A stretch of 63,057 bases of DNA, counting the filler, from Aduncisulcus paluster (lineage: Eukaryota): NCBI GenBank assembly GCA_024181965.1. It is 6 parts of 6 records of this genome, joined end to end, with 100 filler letters (N's around TTAATTAATTAA, not from the genome) between each part and the next. Parts side by side here need not be neighbours in the genome. Positions count along the whole stretch, not along the records: positions 1 to 16,715 come from BQXS01010042.1; positions 16,816 to 23,338 come from BQXS01010043.1; 4 more parts are not named here. One strand, written 5' to 3'. Below are positions 13,746-22,779 of the stretch, in pieces. The notes beneath the pieces are model-generated. The model saw only the letters and a program-made list of their open reading frames with translations. It did no database searches and was not told where the DNA came from. Position 1 is the stretch's first letter, and each line of letters opens with the position of its first letter. The position numbers and the translations under genes are program-made.

Positions 13746-15485
13746 ATGCCGGAACCTAAGGTTTCTACTTCAACAAAATCCAAAAAGGTGAAATTGTCGG
13801 TATTACAACCGGAAACCCTCATCTCAAATCCCCCGCCTCGTTTTTCATCCTTCGACCCTACTAAAAACATTCATCTTGTAGAAAGAAAGCGTGCTCAAGC
13901 TAAATGTGATACAATTACACAATCTTTGTGGAGAGCTAGTGAAAAACATCCTGAATCTCGTGAAGCCGTGTCAGAACATGAGCCATCAACTGAACGCGAA
14001 GTTTCCACAGGTCATGAAGCTTCATTTGAACGGGAAGGAGTGGAAGAACATGAAAGTTTACCTAAGCCTGAAGAAATTGATGATTCAATTCCCCCAGAAG
14101 TTCCTTCTGAATTAGCCCCTGTAAGAAAGCCTCAAACACAAAAAAATCGTACAATTCAATCAAAGAAAACTCGTAAAATTGGTGTTTATAACCCTTCACA
14201 AGCAGCCTTACACTCTCCCCTTGCTGCATCATCTATCGTTGATTCTGCCCATCTCGCTGCCAGTGATGAGGAAATAGAACGTGCCAGACAACAATATTCA
14301 CGTATTAAAAGTCTGATTCATGAGGCCAAGAAGGAGCATAAGGCTAAGAGGGATGCTGTTGAGCGAATGGATCGTCAGATGGCTGAGGAGCTGGAGAAAG
14401 AGAGAGAAAATGCTCGTATGGAGGCTCTCAAGAGACAGAAAAAGCTCAAACAACAACGGAGAGCGAAGGCATCTGAAGGACTTGCTGCTCTTGAACAGCA
14501 GACATCTAATCGGCAAACTCAAATGAAGAAGCTTCGTCGAGAGAGCAAACAACTTAAGGAGAAGTTTGGAAAAGTTCCTCGTTTCTTAAAGATGGAACAA
14601 GATTTTGACCGTCGTGAACAGAACCATGTTACAAATAAGCATAAGGAATTCCTCGGACGTTTCAAGATGGCAGAAGGTGAGGAAGAATTTGGTCGTCCTT
14701 CAAGATCCAGCAGCACGCAAGCTAGATACAGTAAGATTGGAAAGAACGTGTGGCAATCTGAACAACAGATTATTTATGGAATGACAAAGAAAGGCCATCT
14801 CGAGGCAAAGAAGAAAGAAAAGGAAAGGCTTAAGAAATACGCTGAATTGGTGCATAAAAGAAACCAAAGGAAATATTCTTCGCCCATCCGTCAAGTCCTC
14901 GGGAAAGCTGGTCTCATTGACTCAAAAGGTCCTGATGCTCATTGGGAGAGGAGTCACATTTTCGAAGAGGAGCTCCATCTCCGTGAACTTGAGCTTGAGC
15001 GTCAGTTAAAACAGGGCAAAAGAAGTGCTTCCTATTCCTCTGGCACCACTCAGAAGTCCCCGTACACAAGTTCCTCCCCGAGTCTCATCGGAAAGGGAGT
15101 CTCAGCGGCTGGAAGTGCTGCTCCTACTACAACCATCAGTCGTCTCTCCGGAGCGTCGAGAAAGACCCCTACCGGGATTCCCGGGGTGTCATCCATGTAT
15201 CGCAGTGCCTCCAGTGCACCCGCAGACATTGATACTCTCGCTGGAGAAGCATCTGTCCTTGCCATCGAGAGCAGTAAGGCTAAATTGGCTGCGTTGAAGG
15301 ATCTTGGACTGTTTGGGGCTTCTAGTGAGCCAAAAATAGATGAGACTGAGAAGGAAGAAGAAGTTGTGGTTAAGCCTGAAGAGAAGAAAACCGAGATTAA
15401 GAAACCATCTGAGGAAAAGAAGCCTGTTGATGAGAAAGAGGAGGAGGATTTCGATGAGGATTTTGACGATGATTTTGATGAATAA
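13746..15485 (+). CDS. 579-aa coiled-coil hypothetical protein with acidic C-terminus
   Basis: Long intact ORF with E/K/R-rich helical centre; no family recognised. Confidence 0.75.
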   Translation: MPEPKVSTSTKSKKVKLSVLQPETLISNPPPRFSSFDPTKNIHLVERKRAQAKCDTITQSLWRASEKHPESREAVSEHEPSTEREVSTGHEASFEREGVEEHESLPKPEEIDDSIPPEVPSELAPVRKPQTQKNRTIQSKKTRKIGVYNPSQAALHSPLAASSIVDSAHLAASDEEIERARQQYSRIKSLIHEAKKEHKAKRDAVERMDRQMAEELEKERENARMEALKRQKKLKQQRRAKASEGLAALEQQTSNRQTQMKKLRRESKQLKEKFGKVPRFLKMEQDFDRREQNHVTNKHKEFLGRFKMAEGEEEFGRPSRSSSTQARYSKIGKNVWQSEQQIIYGMTKKGHLEAKKKEKERLKKYAELVHKRNQRKYSSPIRQVLGKAGLIDSKGPDAHWERSHIFEEELHLRELELERQLKQGKRSASYSSGTTQKSPYTSSSPSLIGKGVSAAGSAAPTTTISRLSGASRKTPTGIPGVSSMYRSASSAPADIDTLAGEASVLAIESSKAKLAALKDLGLFGASSEPKIDETEKEEEVVVKPEEKKTEIKKPSEEKKPVDEKEEEDFDEDFDDDFDE

Positions 15486-15971
15486 TACTAGAATTTAAAT
15501 TGATAATGGTGGCTTATTTATCTCAATATTTCAAGATAATTCTGATTGTTGGGATTTATTCGTTGTAATTTAGTCATTTTTACATTTTTTATGTCTTTCC
15601 CGTTTCTTATTCCTATTTTGAATTTCACTGCATTTATTGGTGTAATTTGCTGCAAATTGGGGATAATTTAGTTCTAGTGTTTATTCTTTATCATTATTAT
15701 TATTTTAGTTTTATGATATTTCAATCATTTTGTGCCAAGGAAGGCCCTTATTTGAGGAGAACAAGTTGGTGATGATCTTGTAATAGAATCGTGCTCTAGT
15801 TTGTATTTTCTTAATATATCAATCGACAAAATAATCCCATGATATTAGGAAAATAAATATTATCGTAGTTTAGCGTTTCTCAGTGCAACATTTTTTTCTT
15901 GTAATATTAGGGGAATTTCCGAATAGGGGGGGTATTTCGAAATAAAAGGGTAATAAACTTTATTAGTTAGG

Positions 15972-16081
15972 AATAAACTTTATTGCCGACCAATTTCGAA
16001 ATTGACCCCCAATTTCGAAATAGCTAGGGAATTAATGAAATTGCGCAGCAATTTTGAAATTGGTCGGCAATAAAGTTTATT
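15972..16081. repeat. 33-bp subterminal inverted repeat (1 mismatch, 44-bp spacer)
   Basis: AATAAACTTTATTGCCGACCAATTTCGAAATTG (15972-16004) vs CAATTTTGAAATTGGTCGGCAATAAAGTTTATT (16049-16081). Confidence 0.9.
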
Positions 16082-16102
16082 GGTGGTTTGTACAGCAAAT
16101 CG

Positions 16103-16715
16103 ATGTCATTTAGAGCATCATTGGATTTAGAAAGGGCTTCTCAAGCGATACAAGATGCTGAGATTGTTGATCATATGGATCATTTGATGACACATCCCTT
16201 AGAACCCCAAAGCCGACGCAGCCAACATGGATGTAAGTGTATATACATTCGAGAAGCTTATATGGAAGCAAATGATGAAGATTTTAAGTTCTTTTTTGGC
16301 GTTAACCGTGCAGAATACGGGTACATTGAAGGTAACTGTTCCGATTGCTTTATGCCTTCAAGACGAGGCAGAAGAGCCAAATTGACACCACGAGATTCTC
16401 TGTTATGGTCATTAAGGTGGCTGAGAAGCGGAATTAATATGAAAGAGCTTGCTAAACTAAGCTATGTAAGCTATGTAACGTTTCATCGGGCTATCTGGCA
16501 GGCCTTAGTAATTATGGAGGAACAAATTGTTCCAAAATTATTATTTAAGCCACCAATCGACGAATTACCAGTTGCCTTACATTTTCCAGACGCCAAACTC
16601 GTAGTAGATGGCACCATCCAGCAATTTACCTGTGGAGCAACTTTACAATTCAAGGATAGACAGACATTCTTCTCTCACAAGCATAAGGCATATGGGATCA
16701 AGAGTGAGGTTATTG
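16103..16715 (+). CDS. Harbinger/IS5-like DDE transposase, N-terminal part (HTH plus first catalytic Asp), 3' truncated
   Basis: RGRRAKLTPRDSLLWSLRWLR HTH region; FPDAKLVVDGT (first D); FFSHKHKAYGIK motif typical of DDE_Tnp_4 transposases. Confidence 0.8.
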
Positions 16716-16815
16716 NNNNNNNNNNNNNNNNNNNNNNNNNNNNNNNNNNNNNNNNNNNNTTAATTAATTAANNNNNNNNNNNNNNNNNNNNNNNNNNNNN
16801 NNNNNNNNNNNNNNN
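16716..16815. other. Artificial contig-join spacer
   Basis: N44-TTAATTAATTAA-N44, stops in all six frames; identical spacers elsewhere in the window. Confidence 0.97.
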
Positions 16816-16905
16816 CAGGTCAAGGACTTGGAAGCAATGGACAAATTTCTAGAAGCGAATATTAGGTTAAAAAACAAAATAGAAGATGGAACCATGAATC
16901 TATAG
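16816..16905 (+). mobile_element. 3' end of the polyprotein (chromodomain C-terminal helix) of a second, related chromovirus
   Basis: Translates QVKDLEAMDKFLEANIRLKNKI...*, aligning with TVKDLEALDEYFAKHPNLKKKF at the end of the 17547-21599 polyprotein. Confidence 0.7.
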
Positions 16906-17453
16906 CATTGAAAAATGATTATTACTATATTCATTACGACTGATTCAGTTCACTTAAAGTTTTAACGGTATCCAACATTTTTTGTCGACAATATTCATTT
17001 CATATCCATTTAATTTCCAATGAATCTATCATGGAAAACTCGTTTTATGAAACGAGTAAACATGCATATTGCCATTATTCTACTGTTTGAGCCGTTTTCG
17101 AAATTTGTTGTAAAGAACGAGTCAACAGACTAAAATTGGAAAAAATAAGATTTTAGTATGTAAACACTATATATTATTTTATTATATTGATTAATTGTGC
17201 TAGATTATCCGTCGTTGACGATTTTTAAAAATTTTTCATTTCTGATGATTTCAACTTTTCATAAAAGGAAAAGTGCAGAAATTTTTATTTTAGTACATAT
17301 TATATTCGAATTCAACGTTTTTATTACGCTAAATGAGGGTTTTCTGCGGAAAACAAGAAAGGAGGACATCCTCCAGAACAATGAAAAATTTCAGTATGTT
17401 ATGTTAATTATAAACATTTTATATATTTTTATAATCAATTTCGATGAGTTATG

Positions 17454-17531
17454 TGTTGGGGTTTCTCACCACTCTATTTATAGATCCCGGTTAGCCGGTT
17501 GTTTATTCAATAAATTTGCTAAGCCATAACA
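17454..17531 (+). repeat. 5' LTR (78 bp)
   Basis: TGTT...AACA ends; TATTTATA at 17475; AATAAA at 17509; identical to 22702-22779. Confidence 0.97.
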
Positions 17532-17546
17532 GTATTAATACTGAAT

Positions 17547-20500
17547 ATGACAAAGACCCCGAATAACAAGACCATTATTACCACGGAAAAAGGTCCAGAC
17601 CCTCCATTTCTAAAGGGATTGTCCACTGAGAATTGGTCCCATTTTGTTCGCGAGTACAAACATTATCAGAGCCTTGGAGGTGTTAAACCTTGGCCAGAAT
17701 TGGTAGACTCCGTAATCTTAACGGTCATTTCCGACTTGAGTAAGATAAAGGACTTCAAAAACAAGCAAGCTCGCAAAGAGGCCTTCGAAAAGGTAGATGC
17801 TGTGTTCGCATCCACAAGCGTGATCAATCTGTACGATCGCCTTCGTAAGGTCGCTATGGACAAGAAGTTGAATATCGATTCACTTCTGGCGTACACTGAG
17901 AAGTTTCGGGCCATCCGAGACAGATCTCCCAGCTTAGGTTCTGTAGAAGATGTCACGGACATATTTATTGATGGTCTGCATAAGAAGAGATTAAGAGACT
18001 GTGTTAGAGCCAAGTGTGATGAAAAGACTACCCTTTCCGAAGTCATATCTATTGCAACGAGTGAAACTACTCGCTTGCACGCACTGAAGCTCGAGAATGC
18101 TGCTTTAGATGAAGATGAGTCATCTTCTGGGGAAAAGACAGCTTCGTCCGAAACCCATTGTCAATATTGTGGAAAAAAAGGACACACGGCGAAGGAATGT
18201 CGGTTTATTGGAGGAAAACGACGTTATTCCTCTTCGTCTGCTCATACTCCACAGAAGCTCTTTAAGAAGAAACAAAGATGGATAAAGAGTAGAGACCCCA
18301 AGTACTCCCGCTTTTATCCAGACGTAATCTGCCGAAAGTGCGATAAAAAGGGACATTATGCGAAATTCTGTAAAGAACCTATCTCCAGTAAAGGTTCAGG
18401 TAAGTATTTTATAAAAGTTTTTTCGACATCAGGATTTTCTCCTTTTCGTAGGTCGATAGAAGTAATGAACACATTATCTGGGAAGGTTGTCCCTACCACT
18501 TGCCTTTTAGACTCGGGAACGTCGTCCTCGACTATCTCCAGACGTTTGTCAACCGAATTGGGATTGGTCATCAACTCGGAAGACATCCATTCGTTTGAAA
18601 TGGCAGATGGATCAGTTGGAACAACATTAGGTTCGACAAGTGCGACTATTATCGTGCAGGGTCCTGAAAAAAAGAAATTGGAGGTAGAAGAGAACTTTAT
18701 TGTCATTGAGATGAGAGAAAACTGCTCTCATGAAGTTCTTTTGTCTGGGAATTGTATTCGAAAACATGAGTTAATATCGTGGGACCAGATCAGCCAAGGT
18801 GAAGATGAGTCATCAACACTTGATGCAGATTTGGAAGATAACGTTATGGGATTTCCTCAGATGCGTTACCAACCCATCGAAATACATTGTGATATTGACG
18901 AACTAAAAGCCCCAATTGAAAAAATATTGGAAGATTATGAAAAGGAAATTGACAGGAATATGCCTGCCAATGTTCCTGATTACTCAATCAAACTAAAAGA
19001 AAACACACCGGTAAGAAGAAAATTAAGACCGCCACCTTTTGGCCTTGAAGAAGAACTGGGTGAAAAGATTGAGGACTTATTGAAAGATGGGTTTATCGTG
19101 GAGTCAAAAAGTTCGTATGCTGCCCCAATTGTCGTGGTGGAAAAGCCAGACAAATCAATCCGGATGTGCATAGATTATACGGGATTGAATTCTAAGATTG
19201 TTGATGATGTATATCCCATTCCCCTCCGTAGTGTTCTTTTCAGATCGCTACAAGGGATGAAATTGTTCGCCACGCTCGACTTAAAGAATGGATATTACCA
19301 TGTTCGCGTTGATAAAGACTCCAGACATCTCACTGCTTTTATCTCTCACAAAGGTTTATTTGAGTGGGTAAGAATGCCCTTTGGGCTGAAAACGGCCCCG
19401 AGCCACTTCCAAAGATGTGTAAATAGTCTGTTTCACGATATCATAGGTTCAAAAATTCTGATTTATTTAGATGACATTTTGGTGTTCGGAAAATCGGAAG
19501 AGGAATTCATTTCGAACCTATCAGAAGTGTTACGACGATTAGCAGAGTCCAACCTGTGTTTAAATTACGACAAGTGTAAATTTTGCTTAAAAGAAGTCAA
19601 ATACCTAGGGTTTACCATAAACGGGGAGGGCCGAAGGGTTACCGAGAAAAGGATTGAAGACATGAGGGAAATTCCCCCTCCGAAGAATAAGAAAGGCGTC
19701 CAGAAGTTATTAGGAGCCATAAATTTTGTCAGCGAGTTTATTGTCGATTATTCAAGAATTACAGAGCCTATTTCCCGATTACTACGACAAAAAACTGCAA
19801 AAATCGAATGGGGAATTGAACAACAGGAGGCTTGGGAGAAGATAGTATTAAGCCTCGAAAGTAGAATAACACTGGAACATCCAGTCAAAGATAAACAATT
19901 CATCCTCAGGACTGACGCTTCTACTACGGGAATTGGCGGAATTTTATTACAAAACATAGATGGTAAAGAAAAAGTAATCTCTCTGTTTTCCAAAAAATTC
20001 ACTCCGGCTGAGTCCGCATGGAGCACAATTGAACAGGAGGGATTTGGTGTCGTCTATGGAATCCTAAAAAACAAAGAATTCCTATTGGGCTCAGAATTTG
20101 TTGTAGAAACCGATCACAAGAATTTACTATATATATTTAAATCAGAAGTTCCCAAGCTTGTGAGGTGGAGACTTATCCTCGCCCCTTTCTCATTTTCAAT
20201 ACGCCACATAAAAGGAGTTGATAATGCGACAGCGGACTTCCTAAGTCGTATTCCTTCAGGGAATTTACAGCTTAAAGCTCTGCAAGTATCAGAAACGGAA
20301 CCACAAACTCAAGATTCAGAGCACCCAGAAGTACCTGTTAAAAGGATTTTAGAAGTTCATGAGAGACTGGGACATGCCTCTGCAAGAGCCACAACAAAGG
20401 AATTAAAAAGAATTGGATTTACAGAAAAGAATTTATTTAAACGTGTGAACAAAGAAATCATGGCCTGCATATCCTGTCAAAAGAACAGGGTAAGTAAGAA

Positions 20501-21599
20501 GAAAAAATTTTTTGGACGATTAAAATCATCCCAGGCTTGGTCGACGCTGTCAATAGATACAGTAGGACCTGTTGAGACCGATGAGGATGGATTCAAGTAT
20601 TTCATTGTGATTATCGACGATTTTACTCGTTTTGCGATAATCTCTCCAACAAAAACTGCATCAAAAGAAGAGTCAGTAAGGGAAATAAGGAGGTTAGTAA
20701 GCCTCTTCGGTTGTCCCAAAAGTATAAGGACCGACGGAGGAGGTCAGTTTATAGCTTCAGAGTTTGAGGATTTATTAAAGTCTTTTGGTATCTCACACAT
20801 AAAAACAATACCTGGAGACCACGAAGCTAATGGAAAAGTGGAGCGATTAAATCGCGAGGTCAGGAGATTGCTCAGAATTTATTCGTTAGAAAACGATTTT
20901 TTGAATTATCATGAATTCTGCGATTGGTGTTGCCTTGCTATAAATAGCAGAGAACATTCTGTGACAAAACAAAGTCCATTTGCTGCTTTGTTCGCAAGAG
21001 AATCATTTTTTACTTCATCAGATAAAGAAATAGATGGAGAGTCAGAGGTAGTAGAAGTATCGACATATGTAAAAGATCTAAAAGAACGAATGCATGGGTT
21101 ACATAAAGAAATTACTGACATTGATGCTCCCCAAACAGAGGAAGCACTTGCTGTTGATGAATTTAAAATAGGAGATTTAGTCTTATGGAAAAAAGAAACC
21201 ATAAAGTCAAAACAGAAATCTTTATTAGCCGGCCCATTTGTTGTGAAAGAAAAACAATCTGATTTTCGGTACGTTCTGAAAAAACTTGATGGAGATGAGA
21301 CCTTTTTGGTCCCTTTAAAAAGAATTATTCCTTTTATACCGGGAAATCACGACCATGACAGTCTTATTAAGGCTGCGGCTAAAGACGATGAAGAATTCCA
21401 AGTAGAATGCATTCTCAGACACAAGTTTGGCACAAAAAAGCCAATTAAATTTAAGATAAGGTGGAAACATTATGGCGAAGAAGAAGATTCCTGGGAAGAC
21501 TATACTACTGTAAAAGATTTAGAGGCTCTGGATGAATATTTCGCCAAACACCCAAATCTCAAGAAAAAGTTTATTAGAAAAGAGGTAAACGCTATTTAA
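17547..21599 (+). CDS. Gag-Pol polyprotein: two CCHC knuckles, aspartic protease, reverse transcriptase, RNase H, integrase, chromodomain
   Basis: CQYCGKKGHTAKEC and CRKCDKKGHYAKFC; LLDSGT; MPFGL...YLDD; TDAS; HERLGH..CISC; D-D-E (IDTVGP, RTDGG, VERLNR); GPF; EEFQVECILRHK...IRWKHYGEEEDSWE. Confidence 0.97.
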   Translation: MTKTPNNKTIITTEKGPDPPFLKGLSTENWSHFVREYKHYQSLGGVKPWPELVDSVILTVISDLSKIKDFKNKQARKEAFEKVDAVFASTSVINLYDRLRKVAMDKKLNIDSLLAYTEKFRAIRDRSPSLGSVEDVTDIFIDGLHKKRLRDCVRAKCDEKTTLSEVISIATSETTRLHALKLENAALDEDESSSGEKTASSETHCQYCGKKGHTAKECRFIGGKRRYSSSSAHTPQKLFKKKQRWIKSRDPKYSRFYPDVICRKCDKKGHYAKFCKEPISSKGSGKYFIKVFSTSGFSPFRRSIEVMNTLSGKVVPTTCLLDSGTSSSTISRRLSTELGLVINSEDIHSFEMADGSVGTTLGSTSATIIVQGPEKKKLEVEENFIVIEMRENCSHEVLLSGNCIRKHELISWDQISQGEDESSTLDADLEDNVMGFPQMRYQPIEIHCDIDELKAPIEKILEDYEKEIDRNMPANVPDYSIKLKENTPVRRKLRPPPFGLEEELGEKIEDLLKDGFIVESKSSYAAPIVVVEKPDKSIRMCIDYTGLNSKIVDDVYPIPLRSVLFRSLQGMKLFATLDLKNGYYHVRVDKDSRHLTAFISHKGLFEWVRMPFGLKTAPSHFQRCVNSLFHDIIGSKILIYLDDILVFGKSEEEFISNLSEVLRRLAESNLCLNYDKCKFCLKEVKYLGFTINGEGRRVTEKRIEDMREIPPPKNKKGVQKLLGAINFVSEFIVDYSRITEPISRLLRQKTAKIEWGIEQQEAWEKIVLSLESRITLEHPVKDKQFILRTDASTTGIGGILLQNIDGKEKVISLFSKKFTPAESAWSTIEQEGFGVVYGILKNKEFLLGSEFVVETDHKNLLYIFKSEVPKLVRWRLILAPFSFSIRHIKGVDNATADFLSRIPSGNLQLKALQVSETEPQTQDSEHPEVPVKRILEVHERLGHASARATTKELKRIGFTEKNLFKRVNKEIMACISCQKNRVSKKKKFFGRLKSSQAWSTLSIDTVGPVETDEDGFKYFIVIIDDFTRFAIISPTKTASKEESVREIRRLVSLFGCPKSIRTDGGGQFIASEFEDLLKSFGISHIKTIPGDHEANGKVERLNREVRRLLRIYSLENDFLNYHEFCDWCCLAINSREHSVTKQSPFAALFARESFFTSSDKEIDGESEVVEVSTYVKDLKERMHGLHKEITDIDAPQTEEALAVDEFKIGDLVLWKKETIKSKQKSLLAGPFVVKEKQSDFRYVLKKLDGDETFLVPLKRIIPFIPGNHDHDSLIKAAAKDDEEFQVECILRHKFGTKKPIKFKIRWKHYGEEEDSWEDYTTVKDLEALDEYFAKHPNLKKKFIRKEVNAI

Positions 21600-22493
21600 A
21601 TTCAGTTGAGGAAAATAAACTGAATAAAATGTCATAAAACAACTTTAGTCAAAGAGATTTGAGAATTTTTGAAAACTTGTTTTTGTGAACTTCACATACC
21701 CTTGAAGAATACAATATAATATAATTTAATTTAAAAAGGCATTAAAATGATATATATAAACGATATTTTATTATTATATCGTGAATTAAAAGGGTTTCAA
21801 GGACATTTTCGATTGTATTTACAAATTAGTGAATGAACCACATGGGCAAATTAATTTGCAAATTAATCTGTTGTGAATCATAAATTAATACGGGTTTCAC
21901 GTATACGCAATTCACAAGGGCTTGGACCCCACAAGAGTTACAAATGTTGTCTTTCGGCGATATCTTAAATTATTTCGCGTTATTATGAACAAAAAAGTTG
22001 ATTCAGTTATTATAAGAAATCTTTTACGCCATTTTATAGTTAATGCTAATAGTAATGAATATTTTTGGGAAAAATGTTCGGAACCGTTGTGTTTGTTAAA
22101 TAATTCAAAAAGAAAACACCCAAAAAACAGATTTTATTGGTAAACGATCATAACATAAGTCGAAACTTGATCAGAAATTGGTTGAAAAAAAGTTTAAGGG
22201 AAATCACCAAAAAACTTCATCCTATCTTAAAAATAAGAGGGGGAAGAGAGGAATTACAATTATTTTAAAGATAATATTCAGGTTAAAAACAAGATATATT
22301 GGAAAGAATGATTAGAAATTAAAAGTTTGATCGTTGTTAATTCAGACAGGTTTCAAACAAGTTTTAAAAGTATGATACCTGATGATTGGCTGCATTCATT
22401 AAGGTTTTGTTTGTCATAGGAGTTAAAGAAGGTATTTTGAACATTTTCATAAAATTAGATTCCACTGAGAAGCAAGGGTGCCTCAGGGTAAAA

Positions 22494-22567
22494 TAGTGAT
22501 GACGGGAATCGAACCCGCGACTTGAAGGTTCTTAACGAAGAGGCCTTACCAACTGAACTAGATTATG
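22494..22567 (-). ncRNA. tRNA-like Pol III cassette (degenerate cloverleaf) inside the retrotransposon 3' non-coding region
   Basis: Minus strand: A box TAGTTCAGTTGG, B box GGTTCGATTCC in an intact T-arm (GCGGG-TTCGATT-CCCGT), tRNA-like spacing (~74 nt), then TTTT. Acceptor and anticodon stems do not pair. Confidence 0.65.
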
Positions 22568-22685
22568 AATTTAAAAGAAAATAATAATTTATATTAATAA
22601 GAGAAAAACTGTATAAAGATCAACCACGATAGAGAGTGTTCCTTTATCATGGTATCGAGAAAGATTAAGCGCTTAACCGGTTCCT

Positions 22686-22701
22686 AGAAATAGGGGGGAA
22701 G
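22686..22701 (+). other. Polypurine tract (plus-strand primer)
   Basis: AGAAATAGGGGGGAAG immediately upstream of the 3' LTR. Confidence 0.9.
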
Positions 22702-22779
22702 TGTTGGGGTTTCTCACCACTCTATTTATAGATCCCGGTTAGCCGGTTGTTTATTCAATAAATTTGCTAAGCCATAACA
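22702..22779 (+). repeat. 3' LTR (78 bp)
   Basis: Identical to the 5' LTR; followed by TTATG. Confidence 0.97.

Larger units (their letters stand above)
15910..16715 (+). mobile_element. Left end of a PIF/Harbinger (IS5/ISL2EU-like) DNA transposon, truncated by contig end
   Basis: TTA (15907-15909) then GGGGAATTTCC putative TIR start; subterminal ATTTCGAAAT and ATAAACTTTATT repeats; transposase ORF downstream. Confidence 0.7.
17454..22779 (+). mobile_element. Intact Ty3/gypsy (chromovirus) LTR retrotransposon, 5326 bp
   Basis: Identical 78-bp LTRs with TG...CA ends, TTATG target-site duplication (17449-17453, 22780-22784), PPT, and a single gag-pol ORF. Confidence 0.97.

Noticed and set aside
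22379-22420. CTGATGA hammerhead-like core in the retrotransposon 3' region
   Set aside because: No properly placed stem II plus GAAA or flanking helices
22494-22567. Calling the cassette a functional tRNA
   Set aside because: Acceptor and anticodon stems do not pair and no anticodon can be assigned
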